Assembly (NCBI GenBank): GCA_009103225.1
Contig: RHPI01001921.1
Span: forward strand, 53,894-117,893
Direction: 5' to 3'
DNA: 64,000 nucleotides
From: Chlorokybus atmophyticus
Lineage: Eukaryota; Plantae; Mesostigma and Chlorokybus algae
Position 1 is the first letter of the stretch. Every line of letters begins with the position of its first letter. The notes beneath the pieces are model-generated. The model was not told the origin of the DNA and searched no databases. It saw only the letters and a list, made by a program, of their open reading frames with translations. The position numbers and the translations under genes were made by a program. Below, one piece after another: positions 11,359 through 24,016 of this stretch.

Positions 11359-12169
11359 TAAATGTTTGTATATATATATACATATACAGTGGAGAATTTG
11401 AAGTCTGCGCCATGCACCCGGACAGAAAGCGTTTGTGCTGAGAGAAAAGCAATTAGGGTTGAAGGGAAGAGGCGCTAGTCCAACAAGCGAGAGAAAACGA
11501 GGGAGAAAGAGTCTGTAACAGTCAGAGCTGGCGAGAGGAAGCAAAGGAGGAGAGCCGGTAAAGGGGGGAAGGAGGGGGGACCAGATCTGCATTTGTCAAG
11601 TGAGCAATACACACATAGATGCCAAACACAAACCGAGCGAGTCGGAGCTGGAGCGCTGCTTTGCAACAAGAGCAGATACAAGATGCGTGAGCACAAGAGA
11701 AACGCATCTGCTGATCTCAGGCGGGGGGCCCTTCAGTCCACGCCAACGGCGGCTGGTCCGTCCCTTCACCCCGCAAGCCGCTCCGCCCCACCACCCACAA
11801 CCGTCTCCGTGATGCGCCAAATCTATGGCACTTTCACTCACAAACCGCTGGTTAATCATGAACACTTACACTAGTTACCCCTGTCAAGGATACTCAAACA
11901 TGTAGTGTCTTTGGTTCAATCCGTGGCAGGATGCAATGCTGGCTGAATTGCTGAAGCACCCTGCCAGCCGGAGCAACAGCCTGATTGCTGGCTGTTTAAT
12001 ACTGCATTGGTAACCACACAAGGGTGTCATTTGCAGCGAAGAGAAGAGATGCGCAGGTCAGTGAATGCCGAAATTGAACATGTACAAGCCCAGAAAAAGG
12101 AGTTTCTGTTCATATCAGCCAAGTGCACAGGTTTCACTGCTTTAGTGGAACACCATGCCAGCTGCTGAA

Positions 12170-15100
12170 CATCTACTTACACAGAGACATCGGAGTCGGT
12201 ATCGAGTTGCTAAATGACTTGCCCGCCGCAAATAGTGCTTGTGCGTATTGCAGCGCTGCTGACTGCAGGGTACCTTTGCTGCTTGCTCAACCGCTGCAAA
12301 ATGCACTGAAATGCCGAGGGCCAGACGCGCTGGTGCTGAGCATCCTCCACTGCAAAGTGCCCTGCGAGGTCGGCAAGCACCTCGAACGCTATGCTCGCGC
12401 AGGCCTCTCCATATCTATTGCTGAGGCCATTGGCCTCATGATCAACAGAACTGCCATCATCAGTTCGTTCCACATCAGCCTTGACTATGAGCGCTTCGAG
12501 GAAGTACGTGGCGCTTGTGATGGAGATGGACACGTCTGAGGTCGGCTTCAGAGCGGACGAGAGTGCATCAACGACCTGTTGTAGTGTAGGGCAAGAGTAA
12601 GTACAGCACGATGTGCTTATTATTGCAGAGCAGAGGACGCCATGCGGAGGACCGGGAGAGGAGAGACAATCAGCACAAATGCACATACCGTCACTCACCA
12701 TGGATGTTGCTGCAGTCTCAATGGGCCGGTGAGCATTGACAGCCTCCAGAAGGCAGCGAAGCGCTATAACGCGCAGGGCATTGTCGCTGATCATGTAGGT
12801 GCGGAAGCTTCGCAGCACGCTCGCACGCATGTGGAACAGCCAAGCGCAACACGCCGGCTGCGTGGCTATGTCGCCTCGAGGACCCGAGAACAGCTGCGCG
12901 ACCGCCTCAGCAACAACGGCAGGCACGCTCAGCGCTTGCGCGGTAAGCGTTTCCAGACTGCTCCCCGCTTTATGCTTCTTACGTAGCTCAGGTGCTTGCT
13001 TGACATGGAGGTATTTTAATGCCATGGGAATGGTCTCAATGTCTGTGAGCTGGGACAGCGGGTTGAAGATGCTTACTTCTAATGCACGGAGATTTGCCAT
13101 GACAAACAGCGATATCACTGCGGGCAGTTTGGAGGGGATGGCTTCTGCTAGCAGCTCCGGGGCATTGCGAAGCACGACCAGAGCAAGATTGTGTTTGAAG
13201 GTAAGTGCTGTGCTGATGTTCCCGGGATCAAAGGCATCGGATAGCCATGTTCGAAGAAGCTCACTTGCAAGTCGTGTAGACGACGATGACTGATCCTCAA
13301 GGTTCAAGATATGCTGGAGACAAGAGGCAAGCGCTTGCATGAGAGACCCCACTTGCGGGTGGTTGACAGCATAGAGCTCCTGGCACAAGCGGTGTCCAGC
13401 AACTAACAGCGTCTCCCAAGCTTCATGAGGCACTTTGCGGTGAGGGCTGTCCATAAGCAGCTTCATGAAGAATTTGAGCATCCCAACTGAACTGCCGACC
13501 GCTGCCCTGCTGCTGAATGCCAATGACAACAGTGACGACACCAGCTGCTTTGCCTCTCCAGCATGCATGTTGGACAACAGGCGCTTGAAGAGATTGAACA
13601 GGTCTCGGCTCTCGCTCGAGCCGGCATCACGCACAAAGGCCTCTGCGGCAACACCCAGCAGTGATTTCAAAACGTCCTCGGCAACCGCCAGGCGCGCTGC
13701 ACCCTGCCTTTGTTGCGATTGGTGCAACAAGGCTACAAGCCATTCTGACTGGACGGTGGGCATGCACAGCAGGAACAATCGGCCGCACGAGCTCAGAGGC
13801 TCCAGCATAACAGAGTTCTGGTGCAGCCGCTCGGTGATTGCGCGACCGGGAATCTCATACCTGCCTGGGGCCTCTGCAACTCCACACAAACGCATGTGAT
13901 TGTGTAACGGAAGCACGGTAGGTATGTGCAAGAGTAAGGCTTGGACTTAGGCAATGCGCACGCAAGCAAGGTACACTGTTGTTACGTACCTTTTAGCGCT
14001 GCCACAATGCTCTCGATGCGCTTCACAACTGCAACACGCAAGTTGTGCTGGCTGCCCTCCTCATCGTCTGCCTGCAGATGGCTGCAAAGTGAAGCCAATA
14101 CCACCGCAACATCCCTGTAAGAAGCGCCGTCCAAAGAGCGCTCGGTGGTGTTCTTGGGTTTGCGGCCCGCAGAAACAACACCACATGCATACAGGAGGGT
14201 GCCTATGGACGCTTCTACCAGCATATCATTACACGCTCTCGCTTCCTGGCTGCGCGTGAGCAGAAAGCCTGCGGAGGTGTCGCAGAGCATACTTGTGCAG
14301 AGGTTGGTGATGAGACCTCCAGCACCAGAACCCTGCAGAGTTATGCAACGTCAGGTGCAGCAGAGCCGCTGCTCAATTGACTAACAGCAGACAATGACAA
14401 AGAGGTGCAACACAGCGGCACATTCAGCTGTGTCGCACCTCTTTGACCTGTTGCAGCAATGGTGCTTTGACTAGAGACGTCAATGAAGCAGCTGAGCATT
14501 GCAGACTGCAGCCTAGTGGTTTGATACGCACACAGCATACCGCGCTGCAGTGACGCAATGCTCAGTACTGCTATGCCATGTGCCGCGCTGGAATCAACGC
14601 GCATGCAGCAGTAGTTATGTGCATGCATCTACTTGCTGCTCTGCAAAGCAACAAAGCTTGATCTTCTGGTTGCCGATTGCTCCTACACCTGCCTGGCCGC
14701 AACGCGCAATACGCTGCAAGCATCGACCGCAAACACGCGCACAGCGCACGCGCTCCTACCTGTGGACAGGCGTCAACCCATCGAGAGAGCGTGCTGTATG
14801 CGACATACTTCACGGGCAACTGTTCATCTTGCCGGCAGCACGGGGCCACAACATTGTCGAGGTACTGCTTGCACAGGTCGATAGGCAAGTGCACGGCCTT
14901 CAGACTATTAAACTTTCCCACAACCTCTCGCAAGTCTTGTGGGCCAACACTCGGCACTAGTCGCGGGGACTCTTGCTTCAGACCGACATTGTCGACCTCA
15001 GGTTGCACCGCCAGCAACGAGGCCACAACTGTGGGCTTGAACTCACGCCGCGCCTCCACAGCGGCAGCGCCACCCTCCACATTTACATGTAACATTTGAG

Positions 15101-18100
15101 CTGTCATGGAGAGCAGTAGCGTCCAACCCTCTTCGCTACGATGGGTCGCCCAGCTGGCAGCTACACTTTGCACTATTGCCACTTGAACATCAGGGTGTGG
15201 GTGTCGGTTGCCCCATTCTGTTCTGTACAAAGCCCTCTGGCGCTCTGAGGGCTCCATCTGCATACACACGGGGGTTGAGAAAAAGGAGAACGCAATGCAA
15301 ACCAAGTCTGTGTCTGTGCACTCATGCGCTGCATCCCCGCACACCTTTGACACAACACGGAAGATCTCCTTGAACGTTTGGACTGCCCGTTTGCGCCTAC
15401 ACAGAAAATATGGTGGTGCATTGTGATGGCATTATAAGATGCTCTTGCTTCCAATGACAAGCGCCGAACATCTAGCGCACATACCCTGGTTTCGCCACTG
15501 TCTCCAGCAACTCAAGAATCTGCTCGTCAGGCAGTTTTCCAACCGCGCGCGCAAACGTGTAGGCGGCAACTATAGCGAGGTCGGCTGTGAGTAGCAAAGG
15601 ATGGCACGCCACGAGGGCCAACGGCGGGAACAGCTCGTCCGCAGCGCGCATCAACCCAGACAGCAGCGCACACACGACGTCGACAGGAAAGGGGCTGTGC
15701 ATACAATGCCCAGTCAGCAACACGGCGATGTTGATTGATGTGCTAGGTGACAGTCATGGTAAACATGCAGAGGTGACAATGGTACTCGTACACGCAACAG
15801 CCATTGCATCGCACTGTCATGACTCGTACTCGTAGGATCATTGTTGCCAGCACTGCATTGTTAAGTATAGTCACCATAGCGCTGGGGGTGCTGAACAAGT
15901 ACAACCGGAAAGATATTTGGAAGTGATGTGGCTTACTGTAACGCTTGTGCTCATTACTGACTGTGTCAAACACGACGAGAGCATTTACGCACCTGCTGCG
16001 TTTCTCTTCTTGAGCATTTTCCCAAGACACCACTGTTGAGCTCGGTTCTGCGAGGTGCAGGCAATACTCTCACTTGTATCAATGTCGGATTCCATGACTG
16101 GTGCATAAACAAACTGCAGCAGTGTCCCAATGCCTGCTGGTATACTACAGCAAAAGCAAACCTGTGAGCAGTGCACCGTGAGCCTGCAAGAGATGCACCA
16201 AGTCCTGCGCCGTGGTAATTGGGACGCGTGCCAAGTGCTTGGCGGAGAAGACGCGGGATTGAGCAGCCAAAGCGTTGTCTTCAACTTCTGTCACAAGCTT
16301 TGCAGTCAGCAATCTGCACTGCGCTGGTGCCAGCTTGCGCAACTCCCCATGTCTTCGCTCAGGCAGCAGAAACACATGCAGCGCTCCTGCGCAGCCCATA
16401 TCCAGCACTAGTTAACAGCATGTGAGGGATGACTACTGATGCTGCAATGAGAAGAAAAATAAACAACAAACAATGGACCCACACCTTTTCTGAAACGAAG
16501 GGGTGCTGCGCGAGCTTCATTACTGATAAAACTGGTCTGCTTGCCACGAGGCCGGTCGCAGTAAAATACACCCACAATGGGTTCGCTTGGCGCCATGAGG
16601 TTGCTTGTCAGCCGCGGCTGATCGTACCGGAGCAAGAACCTCCACACGCAATCTATGTGTATGGCAGACGGGCTCAAGCGCAGCAGCTCCGCGATTGCGG
16701 CAGCCTTGCGAGGCCTCTGCGGTCCCTCTCCCTGCTCAATGCAATTTCGCAACCATCGCAGAACAACCTTGGGTGCGTGCCTTGTTTCAAGCAGCGATGA
16801 GACAAACTTTACAAGGACTGTTATCTGGTACCAAGGCCGCAGTTTAACTGCATCTTCCCTATAATTTTGCAACGGGTGCAAAAGTGTCATGCGACTGCGC
16901 ACGGGCGGGGAGTGCATTTTTAGCAAGAGCTGCAGCACATCAAAGCACCGCTGCGCATCTTTGCGCGCATCGGCTAGAGGGCTGTCTTGCCCTGATTCGG
17001 AGTCCGACATGGAGTCTGATGCGTTTCCCTCTGCCGTTCTAGAGCGCTTGTTTGACTCTGACCCTGGGTCCAACATGCAGTCTGTTTCCAAGAGAACCCA
17101 GCCATTTGCCACGTCCTGTACAGCGTAGGCTCGCCAAAGCGTATGATACGCCTCAACAACTTCCACCAGCAGTGGCACGTCTAGCCACCTGTCACCCAGC
17201 ACCTGCGCACACACACGAAAGACAGATAGGAATGGTTGGACTCCTGGAAAAAGGAATTGCATCAGCTTACCGAGAGTATGTCTTTGACTCTCAGCGCATC
17301 AAACGGATCAGCTGAAATGTCAACAGCTCTATCTGCAGATCGGCTTTGGTAGTACTTGCGCGTGGCCTGGACCAAATCTGTTGCGAGTCTGTGCTGCCGG
17401 TCATCTGCTAGCTGTTGTGATGGCGTTGGCCCAACAGAAGTGCGTGTCTTGAGCTTCTGTTCCCTTTCAGGCCCTTTGTATTTGAACCAACGTCCTTGGC
17501 TGTCATGCCTATGTGCATGAGAACACAGTCCCGGACGTCATCTGCTGATCATTAACTCGTGATGACTAGCAATATGCCAAGAAGGATGTTTACAGTAGAC
17601 ACACCTTGGCAGAAGTCGTGTGGCAACAAACTCACGCATAGCCTCCGTATTACGTCCTTCATGATGAGTATGAATCACCCACTCTACGTCCAGAAGCAGC
17701 TGGACCCACAGGCCGTGTCGCCATTCTCCATGGCTGACTTTTACAACGCGGGACGCGTGAGAAAGAGCAACGCTCTGCACGTTTTGTGCAATGATGTACT
17801 TCGTGGGTTGCTGTGAGTAGTCGTAGTCGTAGGAGAAGGCAGGCCAGTACTCATGGTAATCAACTGCATCTGGCGCTTCGACACTGTCCCGTGCTAACTG
17901 CAGCCAGAGAGCAGCTAGTTCGCTGCTCATGTCCCTTCAACACAACGAAAGCAGACGCAGTGCAAGGTTGAGAGCAAGACACAGAAGAAAGATGGCAAGG
18001 GCAAGTAAAAGCCACACTTACACAGCTCCAGGTGGTATTGTGGGATCGCGGCTGTGTGGCACACATACAGTGACCAAGTCCTGACGTATTGTAGACGATG

Positions 18101-21100
18101 TCACTGCTTTTGCAATCGCAACACGCAGCTCTGCCACAGCATTGTGCGCTCTATCCGTCAAGAACTTCAGCGTCTTTGACACCTGCAGAACTTGCAACTT
18201 GTACCAATGCCTTGGACACAGAATGGTACATCAAGAACCGGGGCGCATGTGTGCCGACAACATTTACAGCAGGATCGGACCTCTTGAACACGCCGCGATG
18301 CAAGTGTAGCTTGCATGAGCACCGCCAGGTTACGTGTGTACTGCTGTTTGTCAACACCAACGGCACCTTTCTGCAGCATCTTGCGTACTTTTGCGTCCTG
18401 CAGAGCGCGAGCGAGTGAGCATGCGGCTCTCTCCCTCTGCACCTGAATCAATGCTGGTGTACATCAAGCAATGCTTGCCTGTATGTCAAGGAGAGCAGAG
18501 GTGCTAGTGGGCTCAGCCCATTGCGGGAGTTGCATAAGAACTGCAGCAATCCTGGACCTGCACTCTCTGGGAGCAAAGCGTTCGACCATCTTCTGCAGGG
18601 AAGATTGCAGTGTGGTGTGCAGAGTGGATGCCTTAAGTACAACCCCCATGCTTGAGTACACCGCCAACGCACCCGGGCTGCTCAATCTAGCTAGCTCCTC
18701 ATCTGTCATGCTCTCAAAGAGGCTTAATCGCAATGCTGGGGATGCATGAAGCAGCAGTGGGGATGACAAGGAATCGAGGCCTAAACAGGCGACACTTGCA
18801 AGGACCTCGTCTTCTGTTGTCGCGTACAGTCCTGCTGGCTTGGACGGCCTTTACACAACGTCGTTAGCACTGGGCAATTGCGAGCACATGCACATGGCAC
18901 AGCGACCACTAATAAACACCTTGTCTGGCCTGTTCAACAGGCAACAGAGCTTGCAGTAAGGTTGATAAGTGCGTGTATGCTGGCGAGGCCATTTGAGAAT
19001 GGCAACTGAGCAAACGTACGCACTTGATGAGCCAAGCAGATATGTGCAACCACAGTCCAAACACTTGGAATGTAAATTGGCGCATACGTCATGATGTGCG
19101 GTGCGAATGGTAGTACAAACTCCAGACTTGCAGCCGCTGAGTATATACGTTGGCAGTACATACATTGGCAAGTTGTTACTTACTTACTTACCTGCGACCA
19201 AGCAAGGGGCCCATGATAGTGTCCCAGCAATGCGCAACTATGCGGTCCGCAAGCAATTGGCGCTCCTCCTCCAAATGCACATCCCATCTGTCTCGCCCAC
19301 CAGCAGCTGATTTCAGCAACAGAATGTACAGGCGTCTCACGTAATCTCGTGATCCTGCCTGGCTGACACTGCCATGCTCATGCGCCCATGCTTGTGGGTC
19401 CAAATGCTTTTGCAGACGGTCAAAGAGCACCGCAAGGGCATTTGATGTGAGGGTGAAGCTGTCTTCAAGGGAATAGCTGAGAATGTTTTCGAGCAGCGTT
19501 ACTGGTGAGGTGCGCATTGGCTCACGACCATGTTCATCTTCAAATCCATGAATCATTGGTGCATGCGGACCTGAGGTACTCGCACCAAAAGCCAGTCAGT
19601 GTTGTCCTGGGACAGATGTTGAGCCGACGAGGTTGGAGGAAACACATGCACAACGTGCAGCTCAGATATGCTACAAGTGTTCTCAGGGGGAAGACTGAAA
19701 GCTACCTGTAAGGCAGATGACGTCTATTAGGTGCCCCATCACAATGTTGCCCACAACATCATGGGCGCGACGAAGGAGGGCCATGTCCTTCGCCTTCACA
19801 TCATCAGGCGACTGCTTGACAGTGCGCTCCATAACCTGAATTTTGCGCACCACCAAGTCGATTGCTTCGCACAGCTGCCGCCAAACTTGCTCCCAAGCTA
19901 CGCGGATACTAGTTCTGCGATGGCGGGGTACAGTCTGGCTCATGCTCTCAGAAGGAACTGTCATTCGTGACACGAATTGCATGTAGATGTCTAGCAGGGT
20001 GAGTGATTCATGTAGATGACAATATCTGAGGGCGGATAAGAGCGGCGTTGCCGCGCTGTTGAATATGGTTGCATTCGGCCACTCCTCCGTGTACAGCACC
20101 TCTGGCGTCATCACGTCGCAAAGGTGGCGAAGCAGCACGCAGCGGTGCTTGAAGGAAAGAGTTTTTGATTGCGGTTTCTTGTAGTTTCTTGCGGACTCTT
20201 CGCAGGCATCATAATGATCATAAGGATAGGATACATAGGATATGATACCCTTTAACACACTGGCATGTAGCTTGCCATTGACAATGCGGATAGTGTTCTT
20301 GCATAAGTACTTCAATATCTCGTCAGGGACAAGTGCGAAGAATCTCCACGCAAAGGTGTTGAATAGTTCCGGCACTTGGTACTCCTCAACACTGCCTTCT
20401 GAAGCAGTCAGGATTGGATATTGCGCAATAATCTCCAGCAGCTTGCGAGCACGAGCCGTGACGTCACCCGCAAGCAGCAACTCTACGGCTGGCATGCCTT
20501 GGGACTGCAAAACGGCTGTCCACTTCTTCCAAACATTCTCTCTATCTGCCATAGAAGCGGCCGTAACATCTTCTCGCAGCATTGCAACCAGCACTTCACC
20601 ATGAAATCGTGCCAGTTTCACCCAGCTCAGTCTCTTGTTGTGAAACAGCCCCCTCAGACATGCCGCCACCACATCACTGCTACAGCCATGCAAAACCTGG
20701 CAGAAAGCACATTCAGCACATTATGCATCAACAAAGTGAAGGCATTGCGCACGCAGCCAAGTCGTGAGCACTGTTGTAATGGAGTCCGACAAGCAGTCGC
20801 ACCTGTGCAGCCTGCTCTGCGTGTGATGTCTCAAGTTGAACCACGCATGCATTCAGCACGTCCACGCGCCGGAGCCGTACACAGTTGCTCAACAATCGCA
20901 TTCGAGTACTTGCCACTGAACTGCCATGCGAGAGTGACGATCAACACACATGCTTGCAGTCTGTCTGGCCCCATTCATGTGCCTCACTTGTGGATGAGGT
21001 TAAGCAACTCCGAGTCGGACGTCGCCATCCGCACCGTCTCTTTGGCAGTGAGGCGCTTGAAATACATGGATGGTGACTGCAGACTATTCTCCACGGGACC

Positions 21101-22442
21101 GCGCAACCCCGATGCCGATGCCATGACCAGGCCCAGCTGATGCGTCGCATAGGCAATCGACGTGCTTGTACTTTGCTCCGGCATGACTACCTCCTCGCTG
21201 CAGAGTACGTCGACAGTGTCTGTGTTCCGTCAGCCATAGAGACACATGATGGCAAACACACTGCATTCATGTCAAAGGGACGTACTGAACAGTCTAGTGT
21301 ACATGACAAGCAAGCACACGGTGCATGCGCCGTGCAGATTAGCTTGTTGCTGTAGCAACTGAATCCTGTTAAACCAAAACATTGCTGGCTTGTCGGTCGT
21401 GTGGTTGGCTGCTCAATGCACTAGCGCAAAGCTCCACTGGAGAGCAGGGAGGTTTGAGGAGCGCAAGCACGGAACCCAACAGATGGACACTGCACAGCAT
21501 GGAGTGCAGCTAGCAAGCCCTACCTGAGTTGTATTGCAGGGATTGGTTGATGCTGCAGGAGCGTCTCAACGACAGCGGGCAAGGCGGGGTTCATCGCATG
21601 GCGGCGCGCCAGCTTTGCAGCAATGCTCACGCGCTCAGCGTAGTTGTGCGAGTCTACGAGCATCGCCACCGCGCTTGCATCCAATGCAAGCTCTGGAGCA
21701 TCCATGAGCTCCGTCGCTGCCTGAGAATGTGACACAAACATGCAGCGTTTGACCACGACCGCTGCCTGAGAACATCACATAAGCATGCAGCAATCCACCA
21801 TGAGCGCTTAACTGCAGGTAAACTACTGCACATGGCACTTCACAAGCCGCTTGCCAAGGGAGCGGTCAACATTCATCTCAACGTGTGCTTTCTGTCACTG
21901 TTGTTGTGTTGCTGCGTAGGCACAAAGGTTGCGTTGAGCGCTAACCTGCAGGGTTACCAGGGGGAAAGGGTCTTGCAGCCGCCGCAGCCTGTGATCAAGC
22001 CTATCCCATCCACGTGAGGTCGTCTTTCAAGCTGCTGCTGCCGTGTCGACAGCCGTGCCAATGCTGTGAATTAGCTGTGCTTCAGCAGCCATTACTCGTA
22101 TGCAGCAAGTGACCGCGTTAAGCAACGGAATCAGCAGTATGCGTGCATGCAATCCCCGTTTCTGAGAAGTGTTGCAGTAGTATCCGCATAGAGCGGCAGT
22201 TCCCAACCTGTTGTAAAGAAACTGAACTGCAGTTGATGGACCAAATGACACGACAGGCATCCACGCAACAGCAGCAGCAGGTAGAGCATAGGTCACTGAG
22301 CGCAGTGAGAGCAGCCAAGTAGCATGATCAGGGGGGAAGTCTCTCAACTTAGAATGAGGCGAAAAGCTTTACAAACCTCAGCACCCAGTCCAGCATTCTA
22401 CTTGCGAAGCCGCATGCCAGTGCCGTATGGGGCGTCCGTCAT
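12170..22442 (-). CDS. Large multi-exon gene for an uncharacterised alpha-helical (HEAT/ARM-like) protein
   Basis: Long open exons (12210-13931, 14571-15353, 16408-17262, 19683-20693). Several checked junctions are phase-compatible GT-AG. Leu/Ala-rich helical composition. Start and end are approximate. Confidence 0.75.
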
Positions 22443-22738
22443 GACAGTGCTCCAAAACTCGACTGCGCAGACCACACTCAAGGTATGACAGCACTCGTGA
22501 GCACCACAGACACGCACATTCACCACTCTAAACGCACACACCGTTTGCTCTGTCTACACACCGCCACCTTCTACCTCGCCTGCGAGCTCTGGCAACGCCT
22601 TGGCTGAGCAGTAACGGAGTAATGTATAAGCCTACGCATCAGCTGCTTGGTTGCGTAGCAGCAGTTGCCTGGTAAATAAACAATGGTAAGCCTGGCTACA
22701 GTGACATAGCATGCAAGTTTTCCCCGTTGGGTTACTTT

Positions 22739-22856
22739 GCCCTTGTAGCCTAGTGGTAAGGCGCCCAACTCTTCCCGTCAGGGATCAAGCTAAATGCCCG
22801 CCACCATGGGCCAGTCTGATAATGGGAGGACGCAGGTTCGAATCCTGCCGAGGGCA
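22739..22856 (+). tRNA. Intron-containing tRNA-like gene (CTT/Lys reading with non-canonical positions; may be a pseudogene or SINE head)
   Basis: Acceptor GCCCTTG/CGAGGGC-A; D arm GCCT-AGTGGTA-AGGC; T arm GCAGG-TTCGAAT-CCTGC; 46-nt insert at 22775-22820; T6 run at 22872-22877. Confidence 0.65.
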
Positions 22857-22875
22857 AAAATTGGCTACGTATTTT

Positions 22876-23054
22876 TTCACGCTTGCGGTAGCCAGATAGC
22901 ATAATTGCTATATCATAGCGCTGTATTTAACTCCGTAGCTACATCATCTTCTCACCCCACCATATATTCACGCTTGCGGTAGCCAGGTAGCATAATTGCT
23001 ATATCATAGGACTGTATTGAACTCTGTAGCTACATCATCTTCTCACCCCACCAT
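22876..23054. repeat. 91-bp tandem duplication directly after the tRNA-like terminator
   Basis: CACGCTTGCGGTAGCCAG...TTCTCACCCCACCAT at 22878 and 22969. Confidence 0.9.
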
Positions 23055-24016
23055 TGTTGATGCAGTTGCTGTCACGTAACTTGAATGTTGCGGCTTTGTT
23101 TATTGTATCCTGCACGTGTGCTCACCATGGCAACCTGCCACACAACACAAGTTACATGCATGCAAGGTGCAATGGCACATGGATGGAGCGAAAAAATGCC
23201 AGTAATGTTAGGCAAAGTTGTAAAGTTTACCGGTTACAACTTAATCCCATTAATCAGCACTGCAGACATGTGTTGAGGCAGGTTTGCAGACATGTCTCGA
23301 CTGAGATGCATGCATAACATAAACAGCGCATAAGAGAACGCGATTGCGTGCAAAAATGTTCAACATGTATGTATACAAGTAGTGCAATATGCGTAATCTT
23401 GATTTGCGTATAGCGTCATTGGTACATATTAATATATATGTATACAAATATGATTGCAATGTCGAAGTTAGACGTGGTATCACTTATATTATGCTGAACT
23501 TGTGGCTTCTTGGGATGATTTGCTGCATCATGTTTGTATGATGTGAAAGATGCGAGATTAATGGATGTGACATGCCATGAAACCATTTCAAATAAATAAA
23601 CTGCCAGCATACATACGCTTACCTACACTTTAACGAACAGGGTGCAAGGTACAACTTGTTACGCCGACATCATCATATGCTTGCATATGCTTGCAAAGTT
23701 TGCATTATGTGTACCACGTAATCAGCCATTGCACACATCACTCACATCATCGTCATGTGCAAAATGTTGTACAATGACATTGACAATGCAGCATTGCAGG
23801 CTACAAATTTGCAGCAGTCGGTATGCCTCCTGCGGCACGTGACATCCGCCGTGATATCGACACCGCGCGCTGCTAACAGGTTAGCAGCTCTGCTCGATTT
23901 ACGAGCAACTGCGAGCAGGCGCAGCGCCACGTGTCGCGCCACCGTAGTGCGGCTTAACCGCCCGGTCGGCGCCACCTCGTCAGATCAGCGGCGGCGGCGG
24001 CGGCGGCGGCGGCGTA

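Noticed and set aside
11077-11592. 171-aa minus-strand ORF with an internal repeat
   Set aside because: It overlies the 143/144-bp duplication and a TA tract and has no recognisable motif; likely open by chance.
11800-11880. Possible Helitron 3' end (CTAG followed by T)
   Set aside because: No convincing subterminal hairpin, 5' TC end or Rep/helicase sequence.
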